Shown: positions 35,517 to 46,248, counted from the first letter of the stretch. The stretch is DNA of 64,000 bases from Solirubrobacteraceae bacterium (GCA_036497115.1 DASXJY010000033.1:5483-69482); one strand, 5' to 3'. Notes: generated by a model from the sequence alone, not told the origin. Program-made: numbers and translations.

Positions 35517-36542
35517 ATGATGATCGTGATGAAACCGACGGCCACCGAGCAGGAGGTGCAGGCCGTCATCGAGCGGGTGCAGGAGGTCGGCGCGCGAACG
35601 CACGTCAGTCGCGGCGAGGAGGTAACCGTGATTGGCGCCATCGGCGACCGCGAGCACGTGGCGCGCCTCGAGCTCCAGGGCACTCCGGGCGTGGACCGGG
35701 TGGTGCCGATCTCCAAGCCCTACAAGCTCGCCTCCAACCAGTTCAAGCATCACGCTCCCAGCGTCCTGGACATCGGCGGACGCAAGATCGGCGGCCAGAA
35801 CTTCGCCCTGATCGCCGGCCCCTGCACGGTCGAGTCGCGCGAGCAGACCCTCGAGACGGCCCAGGTCGTCCGCGACGCCGGGGCGACGCTGTTCCGGGGC
35901 GGCGCCTACAAGCCCCGCACCTCGCCCTACGCCTTCCAGGGCCTGGGCCAGGAGGGATTGCGGCTGCTCGCCGAGGCCAAGGAGCAGACCGGGTTGCCGA
36001 TCGTCACCGAGGTGATGGACGCCCGCGACATCGAGCCGGTGCTGCAGGTCGCCGACGTGATCCAGATCGGCGCCCGCAACATGCAGAACTACAGCCTGCT
36101 GGCCGAAGTCGGGCGCTCGGGGTGCCCGGCGCTGATCAAACGCGGCCTGTCGAGCACGCTCGAGGAGCTGCTGATGGCGGCCGAGTACGTCCTCAAGGAG
36201 GGCAACGAAGCGGTGATCCTGTGCGAGCGGGGGATCCGCACGTTCGAGACCGCCTACCGCTTCACGCTTGACCTGATGGCGATCCCGGTGCTCAAGGAGA
36301 TGACCCACCTGCCGGTGATCGTGGATCCCAGTCACGCCGCCGGCCGCCGGGACCTGGTGATGCCGATGTCGCTGGCCGCCGCCGCCGCCGGAGCCGACGG
36401 GATCATCGTGGAGGTCCATCCGCGTCCCGACGAGGCGATCTGCGACGCCGCCCAGCAACTGGCGACCGACGATTTCGCCGAGTACGCCGAGCGCGTGGAG
36501 AGGGCGGCCCAGGTGGCGGGCAAGGCGCTGTCCCCCGTTTGA
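35517..36542 (+). CDS. aroF: 3-deoxy-7-phosphoheptulonate synthase, type I-beta with N-terminal regulatory domain
   Basis: MMIVMK N-terminal domain, IAGPCTVES, GGAYKPRTSPYAFQG, QIGARNMQN, CERGIRTFE, DPSH; SD AGAAAGGA. Confidence 0.95.
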   Translation: MMIVMKPTATEQEVQAVIERVQEVGARTHVSRGEEVTVIGAIGDREHVARLELQGTPGVDRVVPISKPYKLASNQFKHHAPSVLDIGGRKIGGQNFALIAGPCTVESREQTLETAQVVRDAGATLFRGGAYKPRTSPYAFQGLGQEGLRLLAEAKEQTGLPIVTEVMDARDIEPVLQVADVIQIGARNMQNYSLLAEVGRSGCPALIKRGLSSTLEELLMAAEYVLKEGNEAVILCERGIRTFETAYRFTLDLMAIPVLKEMTHLPVIVDPSHAAGRRDLVMPMSLAAAAAGADGIIVEVHPRPDEAICDAAQQLATDDFAEYAERVERAAQVAGKALSPV

Positions 36543-37609
36543 AAGTCGCCGTAGTCGGCGTCGGCCTGATCGGCGGCTCGATTGCCCTGGCCGCGCGCCA
36601 GCGGCTCGGTGCCACCGTCGACGGGTACGACCGATCACCGCAGGCGCTGAGCAGCGCGGTGCAGCGCGGAGCCCTCGATCACGGCAGCGAGACCGTCGCC
36701 CAGGCCGTCGACCACGCCCAGGTGGTGTTCGTGGCCGCGCCGGTCGGCGAGCTGCCGGACCTGGTGGGGGCGGCTCTGAGCGCGGCGCCCCGCGACTGCG
36801 TCGTCACCGACGTGGGATCGACCAAGCGGGCCGTGGTCAGCGCCCACGACGACCCCCGGTTCGTCGGCGGCCATCCCTTGGCCGGAGCCGAGACGGCCGG
36901 GGTGGAGAATGCCCGCGCCGACCTGTTCGACGGCGCCACCTGGTACCTGACGCCGACCGCCACCACCTCGGGGATGCTCTACGAGCGGCTGCACCGCCTC
37001 TTGCACGGCGTCGGCGCCCATCCCACGGCGATCGACGCCCACACCCACGACCGCATCCTGGCCACCGTTTCGCACCTGCCGCACGTGCTGGCCAACGTCC
37101 TGGTCTCCCAGGCGGCGGGCGCGCTGGCCGCCGGCGAGGAGCGGCTGCCCGCCGTGGGCCCCAGCTTTCGCGACGCCACCCGCGTCGCCGGCGCGCCGAG
37201 CGCGATCTGGACCGACATCTACCTGTCCAACCGCGATGCCCTGACGGTCGAGATCGATCAGACCGTCGACCGCCTGCAGGCGATCCGCGCCGCCCTGGGC
37301 GACGGCGACGGCGAGGCGGTGGCGGCCTGGAACGACGGCGCCGCGGTCGATCGCCGGCGGCTGCTGGAAGGCCAGCTCGTGGGCGGCCCGCTGTTCGAGC
37401 TTCGCGCCTCGGTCCCCAACCGGCCCGGCGTGGTCGCCCAGCTGGCGCTCGAGCTCGGCCGCGCCGGTGTCAACATCACCGACATGGCCCTGTACCCGGC
37501 GGCGGACATGAGCGAGGGGGTGGTGGCGCTGTGGATCGCCGGCGAGGAGGCGGCGCGGCGGGCCGAGGAGCTGGTGGCCGGCCTGGGCTTTCCGGTGGCG
37601 CGACCGTGA
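36539..37609 (+). CDS. tyrA: Prephenate/arogenate dehydrogenase with C-terminal ACT domain
   Basis: GVGLIGGS, DVGSTK, GGHPLAG, HD......SHLPH, FRDATRVA, and an ACT-like VPNRPGVVA; TTGA overlap. Confidence 0.92.
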   Translation: MKVAVVGVGLIGGSIALAARQRLGATVDGYDRSPQALSSAVQRGALDHGSETVAQAVDHAQVVFVAAPVGELPDLVGAALSAAPRDCVVTDVGSTKRAVVSAHDDPRFVGGHPLAGAETAGVENARADLFDGATWYLTPTATTSGMLYERLHRLLHGVGAHPTAIDAHTHDRILATVSHLPHVLANVLVSQAAGALAAGEERLPAVGPSFRDATRVAGAPSAIWTDIYLSNRDALTVEIDQTVDRLQAIRAALGDGDGEAVAAWNDGAAVDRRRLLEGQLVGGPLFELRASVPNRPGVVAQLALELGRAGVNITDMALYPAADMSEGVVALWIAGEEAARRAEELVAGLGFPVARP

Positions 37610-37631
37610 CGCCCACCGTCGCAGCCGGGGC

Positions 37632-38942
37632 GTGGGCGTGAACCTGCGCTTCGAACCGGGGGTTCGGCTGCGCGGCTCGATCGCGCCCCCGGCCGACAAG
37701 TCGATCTCGCATCGCGCGGCGATAATCGGCGCCATGGCCTCTGAGCCGATGCTGATCACCAACTATTTGCGGGCGGCCGACACCGACTCCACGCTGGCCG
37801 CCGTGGGCGAGCTGGGCGCGATCGTTGAGCGTCGCGACGGCCACGTGAGGGTGCGGGGCTGCGGGATGCGAGATGCCCAGCCGCCGCTGCACCCGATCGA
37901 CGTCGGCAACGCCGGCACGTTGCTGCGCCTGCTGCCGGGATGGCTGGCCTTTCAGCAGGGGGCCAGCTTCACGCTCGACGGCGACGCCTCGATCCGCCGT
38001 CGCCCGGTGGACCGGATCGCCGAGCCGCTGGGCCGGATGGGGGCCCGGATCGAGGCTCGGGAGGGCCGCTACGCGCCGTTCACTGTCCACGGGCAGCCGC
38101 TGCGAGGCGTCGAGTACGAGCTCCCGGTGGCCAGCGCTCAGGTCAAGTCGTGCGTGCTGCTGGCCGGGTTGGCGACCGACGGCACGACGGTGATCGAGCC
38201 CGTGGCCTCCCGGGATCACACCGAGCGCATGCTGCTCGCTGCCGGTGCCGCGCTGACGCGCGCCGGGAGCGCCGAGTCCGGCTACGCGACAACCGTCAAC
38301 AACTCCGACGAGCTCGAGCTCGAGCAGCTGACGGTGCCCGGGGACATGTCGAGCGCGGCGTTTCTGATCGCTGCCGGTGTGCTGGTGCCAGGTTCGCGCC
38401 TGGTCCTCGAAGGGGTCGGGACCAACTGGACGCGGACCGGCTTTGTGCGGATCGTGCAGCGCATGGGGGGCATCGTGGTCGGCGAGCTCGAGGAACCGGG
38501 GTTGCTGCCGGCAGCCGAGCCGGCGTGCGACCTCGACGTCACCAATGGCCCGCTCGAGGCGACGACGGTGACCGCCGACGAGGTCCCGCTGGCCATCGAC
38601 GAGCTGCCCCTGGTGGCGCTGCTGGGCTGCTTTGCCGAAGGGGAGACGGTTGTCCAGGGGGCGGGGGAGCTGCGGCTCAAGGAGTCAGACCGGATCGCCA
38701 CGGTGGTCGAGGGGCTGCGGGGGCTGGGTGCCGACATCGATGCGCTCGACGACGGGTTCGCGGTGCGGGGCACCGGCGGCCTTCGCGGCGGCCGGCTGCC
38801 GGCCTGCGGTGACCATCGGCTGGCGCTCCTGGGCGCGGTCGCCGGTCTGGCCTCGGACGAGGGGGTCGAGGTGGTGGGGATGGAGGCCGCCGCCGTTTCG
38901 TACCCGGACTTCGCCGACCACGTCGGATCGCTTTCGCGCTGA
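37632..38942 (+). CDS. aroA: 3-phosphoshikimate 1-carboxyvinyltransferase
   Basis: DKSISHRA, DVGNAGT, SAQVKS, RDHTERML, PGDMSSA, LRLKESDR, DHRLA. Confidence 0.96.
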   Translation: MGVNLRFEPGVRLRGSIAPPADKSISHRAAIIGAMASEPMLITNYLRAADTDSTLAAVGELGAIVERRDGHVRVRGCGMRDAQPPLHPIDVGNAGTLLRLLPGWLAFQQGASFTLDGDASIRRRPVDRIAEPLGRMGARIEAREGRYAPFTVHGQPLRGVEYELPVASAQVKSCVLLAGLATDGTTVIEPVASRDHTERMLLAAGAALTRAGSAESGYATTVNNSDELELEQLTVPGDMSSAAFLIAAGVLVPGSRLVLEGVGTNWTRTGFVRIVQRMGGIVVGELEEPGLLPAAEPACDLDVTNGPLEATTVTADEVPLAIDELPLVALLGCFAEGETVVQGAGELRLKESDRIATVVEGLRGLGADIDALDDGFAVRGTGGLRGGRLPACGDHRLALLGAVAGLASDEGVEVVGMEAAAVSYPDFADHVGSLSR

Positions 38943-39556
38943 TGGTTATCGCGATCGACGGTCCCGCCGGAGCCGGGAAGTCAACCGTGGCCAAGGCGGT
39001 GGCCAAAGCGCTCGGCTTCACCTATCTGGACTCGGGGGCGATGTACCGCTGCGTCGCGCTGGCGGCGCTCGAGCGCGGCCTCGCTGCGGCCCAGGTGGCC
39101 GAGCAGGTGGCGATCGAGCTCGGAGAACGGGTGCTCCTCGACGGGCGCGAAGTGACCAGCCAGATCCGCACTCCGGCGGTTTCGGAGGCGGCGTCTCAGG
39201 CCGCTGCCGATCCCGAGGTGAGGGCAGCGATGGCCGGCCAGCAGCGACGCATTCTTGCCGATGGCGACTGGGTCGCCGAAGGCCGCGACATCGGGACGGT
39301 GGTCGCCCCGGCGGCCGAGGTCAAGGTGTTTCTGACCGCCAGCGCGGAGGAGCGGGCTCGGCGCCGCGCGCTCGAGATCGGCGCCGATCCGGCCACGGTG
39401 CTGGCCGAGCAGGTGATCCGCGACCAGCGTGACTCCACGCGCGCTCACTCGCCGCTGGCCGCAGCGCCGGGAGCGACGGTGCTCGACACCACCGGACTGA
39501 CCCTCGATCAGGTCGTCGAGCGGGTCACAGAGCTGGTGGCCGAGAGCCGGCGTTAG
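38942..39556 (+). CDS. cmk: Cytidylate kinase
   Basis: IAIDGPAGAGKST, DSGAMYR, EGRDIGTVV, RDQRDS.R..SPL. Confidence 0.95.
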   Translation: MVIAIDGPAGAGKSTVAKAVAKALGFTYLDSGAMYRCVALAALERGLAAAQVAEQVAIELGERVLLDGREVTSQIRTPAVSEAASQAAADPEVRAAMAGQQRRILADGDWVAEGRDIGTVVAPAAEVKVFLTASAEERARRRALEIGADPATVLAEQVIRDQRDSTRAHSPLAAAPGATVLDTTGLTLDQVVERVTELVAESRR

Positions 39557-39614
39557 CCGCCGAACCCTGGCACAGGCACCACCCGCCGGGCGCACCGACT
39601 AGCCTCGATCGACC

Positions 39615-40985
39615 ATGAAGGTCGCAATCGTCGGATACCCGAACGTGGGCAAGTCCTCGCTGGTCAACCGCCTGACCGAGTCCCGGGAGGCGGTGGTCCA
39701 CGAGCGGCCGGGCATCACCCGTGACCGCAAGGAACTTCGCACCGAATGGAACGGGCGCCCGCTCACGCTGATCGACACCGGCGGGGTCGACCTCGAGGAC
39801 CGAGACGAGCTGGCCCGTCAGATCCAGGCGCAGACCAGGGCCGCGCTCGCCGACGCCGATGCCGCCGTCCTGGTCGTCGACGCCCGGGCGGGGCTGCGCC
39901 CCGGCGATGAGGAGATGGCCGAGCTGCTGCGGCGGGCCCCGCTGCCGGTGCTGGTGGCGGCCAACAAGATCGACACCGCCCGTGACCTGCCGCTGACGGC
40001 CGAGTTCTACGGCCTCGGCCTGGGGGAGCCGATCGCCGTCTCCGCCGCCCAGGGGCTGGGGACCGGTGATCTGCTCGACCGCATCGCCGCACTGGCACCC
40101 GACGCCGGTGACGACCCCGAGGAGACCGACGCGGTCCGCCTGGCGGTCATCGGGCGGCCCAACGTCGGCAAGTCCTCGCTGGTCAACCGGTTCGCCGGGA
40201 CCGGTGGCGACGGCCGCGCGGTCGACCGCGTGATCGTCTCGCCGCTGGCCGGAACGACGCGCGACGCCATCGATCTGCCGCTCACCTATGCCGGGCGCGA
40301 GCTGATCCTCGTCGACACCGCCGGGATCCGCCGCCAGGCCAAGGTGGGGGAGTCGGTGGAGTACTACACCTCGCTGCGCTCGCGGCGAGCCGCGGAGCGT
40401 GCCGACGTGGCCCTCGTGGTGTGCGACGCCACTGCCGGCGTCACCACTCAGGATCTGCGGATCGCCGAGCTGGCGATGAAGAGCGGCTGCGCGACGGCGC
40501 TGGTGCTCAACAAGTGGGACATAGCCGAGAACGTCGACCTCGACTTCGAGCGCGCCCGAGCCCACCAGAAGCTGCGCCTGCGGCCGCGGGTGCTGACCGC
40601 CAGCGCCAAGACCGGCCGTCACGTCGAACGACTGCTGGTGGAGGCGATCGCGGTGGCCGATCGCAGCCGGACCCGGATCCCCACCCCGCAGCTCAACCGG
40701 TTTCTGTCCGAGGTGACCGCCGCTCGCCAGCCGCCGGTCGGCGCCGGCGGCCGGGGCGCGGGCTCGGGCCACCGGCTGCGGCTGCTGTTCATGACCCAGA
40801 CCGAAGTGCGGCCGCCGCGGTTCTCGATCCAGGTCAACTCTCGCGCCCGGGTGACCAGGGACTACGCGTACTACATCGAGAACCGGCTGCGCGAGCGATA
40901 TCGCCTGGAGGGAGTCCCGGCGATCATCGATTTCGTGGCCCGAAACGAGCGGCGCCCGACCGGCGCCCGGGGGGCGGCAGCGTGA
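39615..40985 (+). CDS. der: Ribosome biogenesis GTPase Der
   Basis: Two G domains ([17 protein letters not shown] and [17 protein letters not shown]) plus a KH-like C-terminus. Confidence 0.96.
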   Translation: MKVAIVGYPNVGKSSLVNRLTESREAVVHERPGITRDRKELRTEWNGRPLTLIDTGGVDLEDRDELARQIQAQTRAALADADAAVLVVDARAGLRPGDEEMAELLRRAPLPVLVAANKIDTARDLPLTAEFYGLGLGEPIAVSAAQGLGTGDLLDRIAALAPDAGDDPEETDAVRLAVIGRPNVGKSSLVNRFAGTGGDGRAVDRVIVSPLAGTTRDAIDLPLTYAGRELILVDTAGIRRQAKVGESVEYYTSLRSRRAAERADVALVVCDATAGVTTQDLRIAELAMKSGCATALVLNKWDIAENVDLDFERARAHQKLRLRPRVLTASAKTGRHVERLLVEAIAVADRSRTRIPTPQLNRFLSEVTAARQPPVGAGGRGAGSGHRLRLLFMTQTEVRPPRFSIQVNSRARVTRDYAYYIENRLRERYRLEGVPAIIDFVARNERRPTGARGAAA

Positions 40986-40997
40986 TGTAGTGCTCGC

Positions 40998-42671
40998 GTG
41001 AGCGAATCGATCACCGAAAGCGCCGGCGCGACAGCAGTTGCCGAGCCCCCGGCGCCGCCGACGGCACGACCTCCCCGACGCCGGCTGCCCCGTCCCGTGC
41101 TGGGCGCGCTGGCCGGGACGGTGGCGCTGGCCGTGGCCATCGCCCTGGTCCTCGTCCTCGCCGGCGGCGACGCAAACCCGCCGCCGGCCACGGGCGCGGC
41201 GGCGATCGTCCCGGCCGACGCCCTGGCCTACGTCAACGTCTCCCTGGACCGCGGGCGCCCGGCGGTGAGCTCGGCGCTCAGATTGGCCCAGCGGTTTCCC
41301 GACTACCCCCTGGCCAGCGCCGCCGTGGCATCCCGGCTGGCCACCGTCGCCGCCGGCGGCGGTCGCAGCGTCGACTTCGCCAGCCAGGTCAAGCCCTGGC
41401 TGGGCAGCGAAGCGGCGATGGCGCTGCTCAACACGCCGACTGCCACGGCCGGTTCGCTGATCGTGCTAGCGGTGCGCGACCAGTCCCGGGCCCGGGCGTT
41501 CGCGCGGGGCTCCGGAGCCGTGGCCCACGGCTCCTACCGCGGGACCCCACTGTTGGTCTATCCCACCGGCACCGAGCTGGCCTTCGTTCGCGGCTTTCTG
41601 GTCCTGGGCCAGGACGCCAGTGTTCGCTCCGCGCTGGACGTCGCCGCCGGAGCGTCGCCGTCGCTGGGCTCGGCTGCGGTCTACCGGCGCGCCGCCGCGA
41701 CCCTGCCTGCCGACCGGGTGCTGGACGCCTACGCCTCGCTGGCCGGGGTCAGGCGGGTGCTGGCGCCCCAGGGCGGGATCGTCGGGGCGCTCGGCGACCT
41801 GCTCTATCAGCCGGCCCTGCAGGGCCTCACGGTCGCCGTCTCGCCGACCCCGGCGGGAGCGCGGATCCAGGTTCGGAGCGCGCTTGACAGCACGCTGACC
41901 CAGCTCAGCGGCCCGGCCACGAGTCCGTTTGCGCCCACCCTCCAGAGCGTGATGCCGACCGGATCGATCCTGATGTTCGACGTCACCGGGCTTGACCGCG
42001 TCGCTCCTCGGGTCCTGAACGCCGGCTCGTCGGCCGGCGTGGCGGGAGGGATCGGCCCGCTGCTGTCAAGGCTCGGGGCGGCGCTGAGCGCCGAGGGCGT
42101 GAACGTCAAGGAGCTGGTCTCGATCTTCCACGCCGAGACCGCGGTGGCGATCGTGCCCCACGCCCAGAGCCCGGCGCTGGTGGTCGTGGCCCGGACCAAC
42201 CAGCCCTCCCGCATCGCCGCCGAGCTGGCCCAGCTCCAGATCCCGCTGGCGCAGCTGTTCAAGTCCGGCAACGCCGGCAAGGTGGCCCTGTTCAACGACC
42301 GGTCGGTGGCCGGGATCACCGCCCATCAGCTCTCTCTGGCCAACGGCCTCGAATTCGACTACGCAGTGTCGAGGGGCCTGGTGATCATCTCCACCAGCCT
42401 CCAGGGGATCGCGGCGGTGGCCGCGCGCCAGCACACCCTGGCCCGCGATCCCGCCTTCCAGGCCGTCCTCGGCGACCGCGCCAAGCTCCTGACCTCAGTG
42501 GTGTTCGTCGACCTCGTGCGCCTGCTGGGGCTCGGAGAGCAGACCGGCCTGACCAGCAGCGCCCGCTTTCGCGCGCTGCGCCCCGACCTGGACAAGATCA
42601 AGGCGATCGGGGTGGCCTCGACCCGGGCGCCGGGGGTGTCGAGCACGCAGCTCACGGTGCGGGTCCCCTGA
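40998..42671 (+). CDS. Membrane-anchored extracytoplasmic protein, DUF3352-like
   Basis: N-terminal TM, then AAIVPADALAYV, DFASQVKPWLG.EAA.A; long beta-rich extracellular region. Confidence 0.55.
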   Translation: MSESITESAGATAVAEPPAPPTARPPRRRLPRPVLGALAGTVALAVAIALVLVLAGGDANPPPATGAAAIVPADALAYVNVSLDRGRPAVSSALRLAQRFPDYPLASAAVASRLATVAAGGGRSVDFASQVKPWLGSEAAMALLNTPTATAGSLIVLAVRDQSRARAFARGSGAVAHGSYRGTPLLVYPTGTELAFVRGFLVLGQDASVRSALDVAAGASPSLGSAAVYRRAAATLPADRVLDAYASLAGVRRVLAPQGGIVGALGDLLYQPALQGLTVAVSPTPAGARIQVRSALDSTLTQLSGPATSPFAPTLQSVMPTGSILMFDVTGLDRVAPRVLNAGSSAGVAGGIGPLLSRLGAALSAEGVNVKELVSIFHAETAVAIVPHAQSPALVVVARTNQPSRIAAELAQLQIPLAQLFKSGNAGKVALFNDRSVAGITAHQLSLANGLEFDYAVSRGLVIISTSLQGIAAVAARQHTLARDPAFQAVLGDRAKLLTSVVFVDLVRLLGLGEQTGLTSSARFRALRPDLDKIKAIGVASTRAPGVSSTQLTVRVP

Positions 42672-42685
42672 GGCGGTGGCGCGCC

Positions 42686-42758
42686 GTGCCGGGTCCGGCG
42701 GGGCTCTTGGACGATCCGCCCCCCTATACGGGGTAAATCATCCGAGAGCCCCCGGCAC
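42686..42758. repeat. Long imperfect palindrome between convergent genes (REP-like element or bidirectional terminator)
   Basis: GGGGCTCTTGGACGAT (42700-42715) pairs with ATCATCCGAGAGCCCC (42737-42752) around a CCCC-cTATAc-GGGG core, with outer GTGCCG/CGGCAC arms. Confidence 0.65.
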
Positions 42759-42763
42759 ACGGC

Positions 42764-43273
42764 TTAGAAGTCGAGCGAGGGATCCGCCGCCTCCCCGCCC
42801 CGGAGCGCGTGCAGCGCCCGGTCAACGGTCTTGACGATCCCGCGGGGATTGGAGACCCCGTGAAAGGAGAAGTCGAAGTCGGCCTCGGCCGCGGTGTCGA
42901 AGTCGACAGTCCCGATGTAGAGCAGGCGATCCGCCAGCGATTGCCGGGTGCTGACGTTCTGCACGCGCTCCAGCCGCGTCTGGTGAAGCTCGCGCGACAG
43001 AAGGCCGACCTCGATCGTCAGCCGGCGGTTGGTGATCGAGTAGGTGGTCTGGATCCGCCGGATCTGGCCGACCGCGATCAGCACCAGGTACGCGACCAGG
43101 ACCACAGCGACAACCCAGCCGACCTGCACGCGGCCGTCGGCGGCCGCGCCGGCGAGCCCGGCGATGGCACCGGCGACCAGGCTGGCCAGCAGGCCCTTGA
43201 CGTAGAACGGCGCCAGCGAACGCCAGGAGGGATGGCCGTAAAAGAAGATCTCCTCGCCGGGTTCGGCGTCCAC
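42764..43273 (-). CDS. Membrane protein with bacterial PH domain (YdbS-like)
   Basis: Two TMs, then TYSITNRRL....GLLSR.....RLERVQNV...QS..DRLL.IGTV. Start GTG 43273 has TATGTT 7 nt upstream. Confidence 0.8.
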   Translation of the reverse strand: MDAEPGEEIFFYGHPSWRSLAPFYVKGLLASLVAGAIAGLAGAAADGRVQVGWVVAVVLVAYLVLIAVGQIRRIQTTYSITNRRLTIEVGLLSRELHQTRLERVQNVSTRQSLADRLLYIGTVDFDTAAEADFDFSFHGVSNPRGIVKTVDRALHALRGGEAADPSLDF

Positions 43274-43378
43274 GGCCGAGAACATAACGGCCGCGACCTG
43301 GCCCCGGCGGGCCACCGCGCCGGCGGCGCCCGGGGGGAGGCGGCAGCATCCTGGCGGCCTTCTAGATTCGCTGGCGCC

Positions 43379-45550
43379 GTGTCTGACCCGTCCTCCCCAC
43401 CCCCGAAGATCGCCCGCGTCCAGCCGCTGACCCGCACCCGGGCGGTCCGCGGCCCGTTTGACTATCGCCTCGGCGCCGAGCAGGAAACGGTGGCCGTGGG
43501 CTCGCTGCTCAGGGTCCCGTTCGGCCGCCAGCGCGCGCTGGGGGTGGTGGTGGCGCTCGCCGATCGCTCGGAGCTCGCCCCGGAGCGCCTGGCCGAGCCC
43601 GAGGCCGTCCTACCGGGCTCGATCCCCGCCGACCTCGTCGAGCTCGCCGACTGGATGGCCCGTGAGTACTGCTCCACGCCGGCCCGGTCGCTCACCCTGA
43701 CCCTGGGACCGGGGGGCGCCGAGGGAACCCGGGCCAAGCGAGCGTTGGTAGCCGAGCTGACGGCGGCCGGCGAGGCCGCCTTGCGCGACGGGGTCCCGCT
43801 GACCGCGGGCCAGCGCAGCGTGCTCGAACGCCTGGCTGCCGAGGGGCCGCGCGCGGCGGCCGAGCTGGGAACCGGGCGCCTGCGCCGGCTCGAGAGCCGC
43901 GGCCTGGTCGGGCTCGAGCTGCGGGTGGTGCGCCGCCGACCGGGCCGCCACGCGGTCAGCGCGGCCTCGGTCACGCCGCCGCCCCTGACCCGCGACCAGC
44001 AGGGCGCGCTGGCTCCGATCCTGACCGCGCTGGAGGAGCGCCGCAGCGAGCGCTACCTGTTGCACGGGGTTACCGGCTCGGGGAAGACCGAGATCTACCT
44101 GCGGGCGGTGCAGGCGGCCCTGGCGGCGGGCCGTTCGGCGATCGTCCTGGTGCCCGAGATCGCGCTCACCCCGCAGGCCCTGTGGCGCTTTGAGGCCCGC
44201 TTCGGAGACGTCGTGGCCGTGGTGCATTCGGGGCTCGGCCTCGGTGAACGCCGCGACGAGACCGAGCGGCTGCGCGCCGGTCAGGCCAGGGTCTGCGTCG
44301 GCCCGCGCTCGGCCGTGTTCGCCCCGCTGGCCGACATCGGGCTGATCGTCGTCGACGAGGAGCACGAGAGCTCCTACAAGCACGAGGGCGATCCGCGCTA
44401 CGACGCCCGCCACGTCGCCGCCGAGCGGGCCCGCCGCCACGGGGCCGTGCTGGTCGTCGGCAGCGCCACGCCGCGCCCGGAGAGCATGCTCGAGCTGACC
44501 CGCCTGCGGCTGCCCCAGCGCGTCGACCGCCGGCCGCTGCCGGCCGTGGAGGTGCTCGACATGCGCGGCCACCACCAGCCGCTTCACCCCGACGCGCGGA
44601 TGGCTCTGGCCGACCTGCGCCGCTCTGGGGGCAAGGCGATCCTGCTGCTCAACCGCCGTGGCTGGTCGAACTTCCTCTCCTGCCGGGCGTGCGGGCAGGT
44701 ATGGGTGTGCCCCAACTGCGAGGTGGCGCTGGTCCTGCACCGCCACGGAGCGTTTGTGGCCTGCCACCACTGCGGCCACCGCGAGGCGGTGCCGGAGCGC
44801 TGCCGCGCCTGCGGATCGGTGTCGCTGGCCCGCCACGGCGCCGGCACCGAGCGGATCGAGCACGAGCTCCGTGAGGCGCTGGGCGAGGGGGGCTTTCCGA
44901 TCTTCCGCCTCGACGCCGACTCGGCCGGCCTGGACCGGCGCGCCGAGACCCTGATGCGCTTCGGGGCGGCTCGCTCGGGGGTCCTGGTGGGGACCCAGAT
45001 GGTGGCCAAAGGCCACGATTTTCCCGACGTCGCCCTGGGTGTGGTGCTCGACGCCGACCAGACGCTGCGCTTTCCGGACTTCCGGGCCGAGGAGCGCACC
45101 TTCGCCCTGGTCACCCAGCTCGCCGGTCGCACCGGCCGCGGGGCCGATGGCGGGCGGGTGCTCGTGCAGACGCTGGCTCCGGACGCCAGACCGATCGGGT
45201 TTGCCACCCGGCACGACGCCGACGGCTTCGTCGCCGACGAGCTGGGTCGCCGCCGGGCGCTCGGCTACCCGCCGTTCACGTCGCTGATCCGAGTCGTCTG
45301 CTCGGCCGAGGCCGAGTCCCTGGCTGTGGCCACGGCGGCGGCGATCGCCGGCGAGCTGGCGGCGCTGGACGACCCAGTACTGGGGCCCGCGCCGCTGTTT
45401 CGCCTCCGCGGCCGGGCCCGCAGCCAGGTGGTGGTCAAGGCCGGTGACCGGGCGGCGGCGATCGAAGCCGTGGGCGCCGCCGTCGACAAGCTGGCCCCCG
45501 GGTCGGCCCGCCAGGGGGCCAGCGTCAGCGTCGACGTCGATCCGCAGTGA
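43379..45550 (+). CDS. priA: Primosomal protein N' (replication restart helicase)
   Basis: FDY, VPFG, HGVTGSGKTE, DEEH, four CxxC Zn motifs, GTQMVAKGHDFP, C-terminal DVDP. The start was trimmed to GTG 43379. Confidence 0.95.
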   Translation: MSDPSSPPPKIARVQPLTRTRAVRGPFDYRLGAEQETVAVGSLLRVPFGRQRALGVVVALADRSELAPERLAEPEAVLPGSIPADLVELADWMAREYCSTPARSLTLTLGPGGAEGTRAKRALVAELTAAGEAALRDGVPLTAGQRSVLERLAAEGPRAAAELGTGRLRRLESRGLVGLELRVVRRRPGRHAVSAASVTPPPLTRDQQGALAPILTALEERRSERYLLHGVTGSGKTEIYLRAVQAALAAGRSAIVLVPEIALTPQALWRFEARFGDVVAVVHSGLGLGERRDETERLRAGQARVCVGPRSAVFAPLADIGLIVVDEEHESSYKHEGDPRYDARHVAAERARRHGAVLVVGSATPRPESMLELTRLRLPQRVDRRPLPAVEVLDMRGHHQPLHPDARMALADLRRSGGKAILLLNRRGWSNFLSCRACGQVWVCPNCEVALVLHRHGAFVACHHCGHREAVPERCRACGSVSLARHGAGTERIEHELREALGEGGFPIFRLDADSAGLDRRAETLMRFGAARSGVLVGTQMVAKGHDFPDVALGVVLDADQTLRFPDFRAEERTFALVTQLAGRTGRGADGGRVLVQTLAPDARPIGFATRHDADGFVADELGRRRALGYPPFTSLIRVVCSAEAESLAVATAAAIAGELAALDDPVLGPAPLFRLRGRARSQVVVKAGDRAAAIEAVGAAVDKLAPGSARQGASVSVDVDPQ

Positions 45551-45611
45551 CGGTTCGCCCGCCGCCCCGCCGGCACCGAAACGACCACACAGCTGATCTA
45601 GACTAAAAATC

Positions 45612-46232
45612 GTGGCCAAACCAGCGACCGATACCGCTTCGCACGAGCCCGACCAGGAGGACTTCGAGGTCGAGCCCGAGGAGGACGCCGAGGAACACGA
45701 GCTAGATCCGGTGATCGCCGCCCGGCGGTCGGCGGCGCTGGCGCACGTGCGCAAATTCGGCGATCCGGTGCTGCGGACCGCGGCCCGGCCGGTCGACCGC
45801 TTCGACGGCGCGCTGCGCGCCCAGGTCGAGCGGATGGGAGAGCTGATGATCGACGCCCTGGGCGTGGGTCTGGCCGCCACCCAGGTCGGGGTCCTCAACC
45901 GGGTGCTCGTCTACCGGGTCCACCAGCAGGCGCCGTTCGCGGTGCTGGTCAACCCAGAGATCGAGTGGGCCGGCGATGACGAGGAGATCATGGAGGAGGG
46001 CTGCCTGAGCCTCCCCGCGGTCCACGTCGACGTGGAACGGGCGATTCACATCCGCGTCCGCGCCCTCGACGAGCGGGGCGAGCCGATCACCATCGAGGCC
46101 TCCGGCCTGGAGGCCCGGGTGATCCAGCACGAGGTCGACCACCTCGACGGGGTCCTCGTCTTGGACCGCATCTCGCGCCAGCAGCGCAAGGAGGCGATGC
46201 GGGCGCTGCGGGAAGCGCAAGCGGCGGCCTGA
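45612..46232 (+). CDS. def: Peptide deformylase
   Basis: GVGLAATQ, EGCLS, QHEVDHLDG. Confidence 0.96.
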   Translation: MAKPATDTASHEPDQEDFEVEPEEDAEEHELDPVIAARRSAALAHVRKFGDPVLRTAARPVDRFDGALRAQVERMGELMIDALGVGLAATQVGVLNRVLVYRVHQQAPFAVLVNPEIEWAGDDEEIMEEGCLSLPAVHVDVERAIHIRVRALDERGEPITIEASGLEARVIQHEVDHLDGVLVLDRISRQQRKEAMRALREAQAAA

Positions 46233-46248
46233 GCCGCCGCCTGACCAG

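Noticed and set aside
42809-43378. 913-aa PriA with a long N-terminal extension
   Set aside because: The extension is the antisense frame of the PH-domain gene; PriA homology begins near GTG 43379.
43610-45898. Long antisense or alternate-frame ORFs (for example 762 aa here, also 3415-5223 and 10499-12181)
   Set aside because: They are Arg/Pro/Gly-rich or mirror-frame translations without motifs and fully overlap well-supported genes, as expected from stop-codon scarcity.
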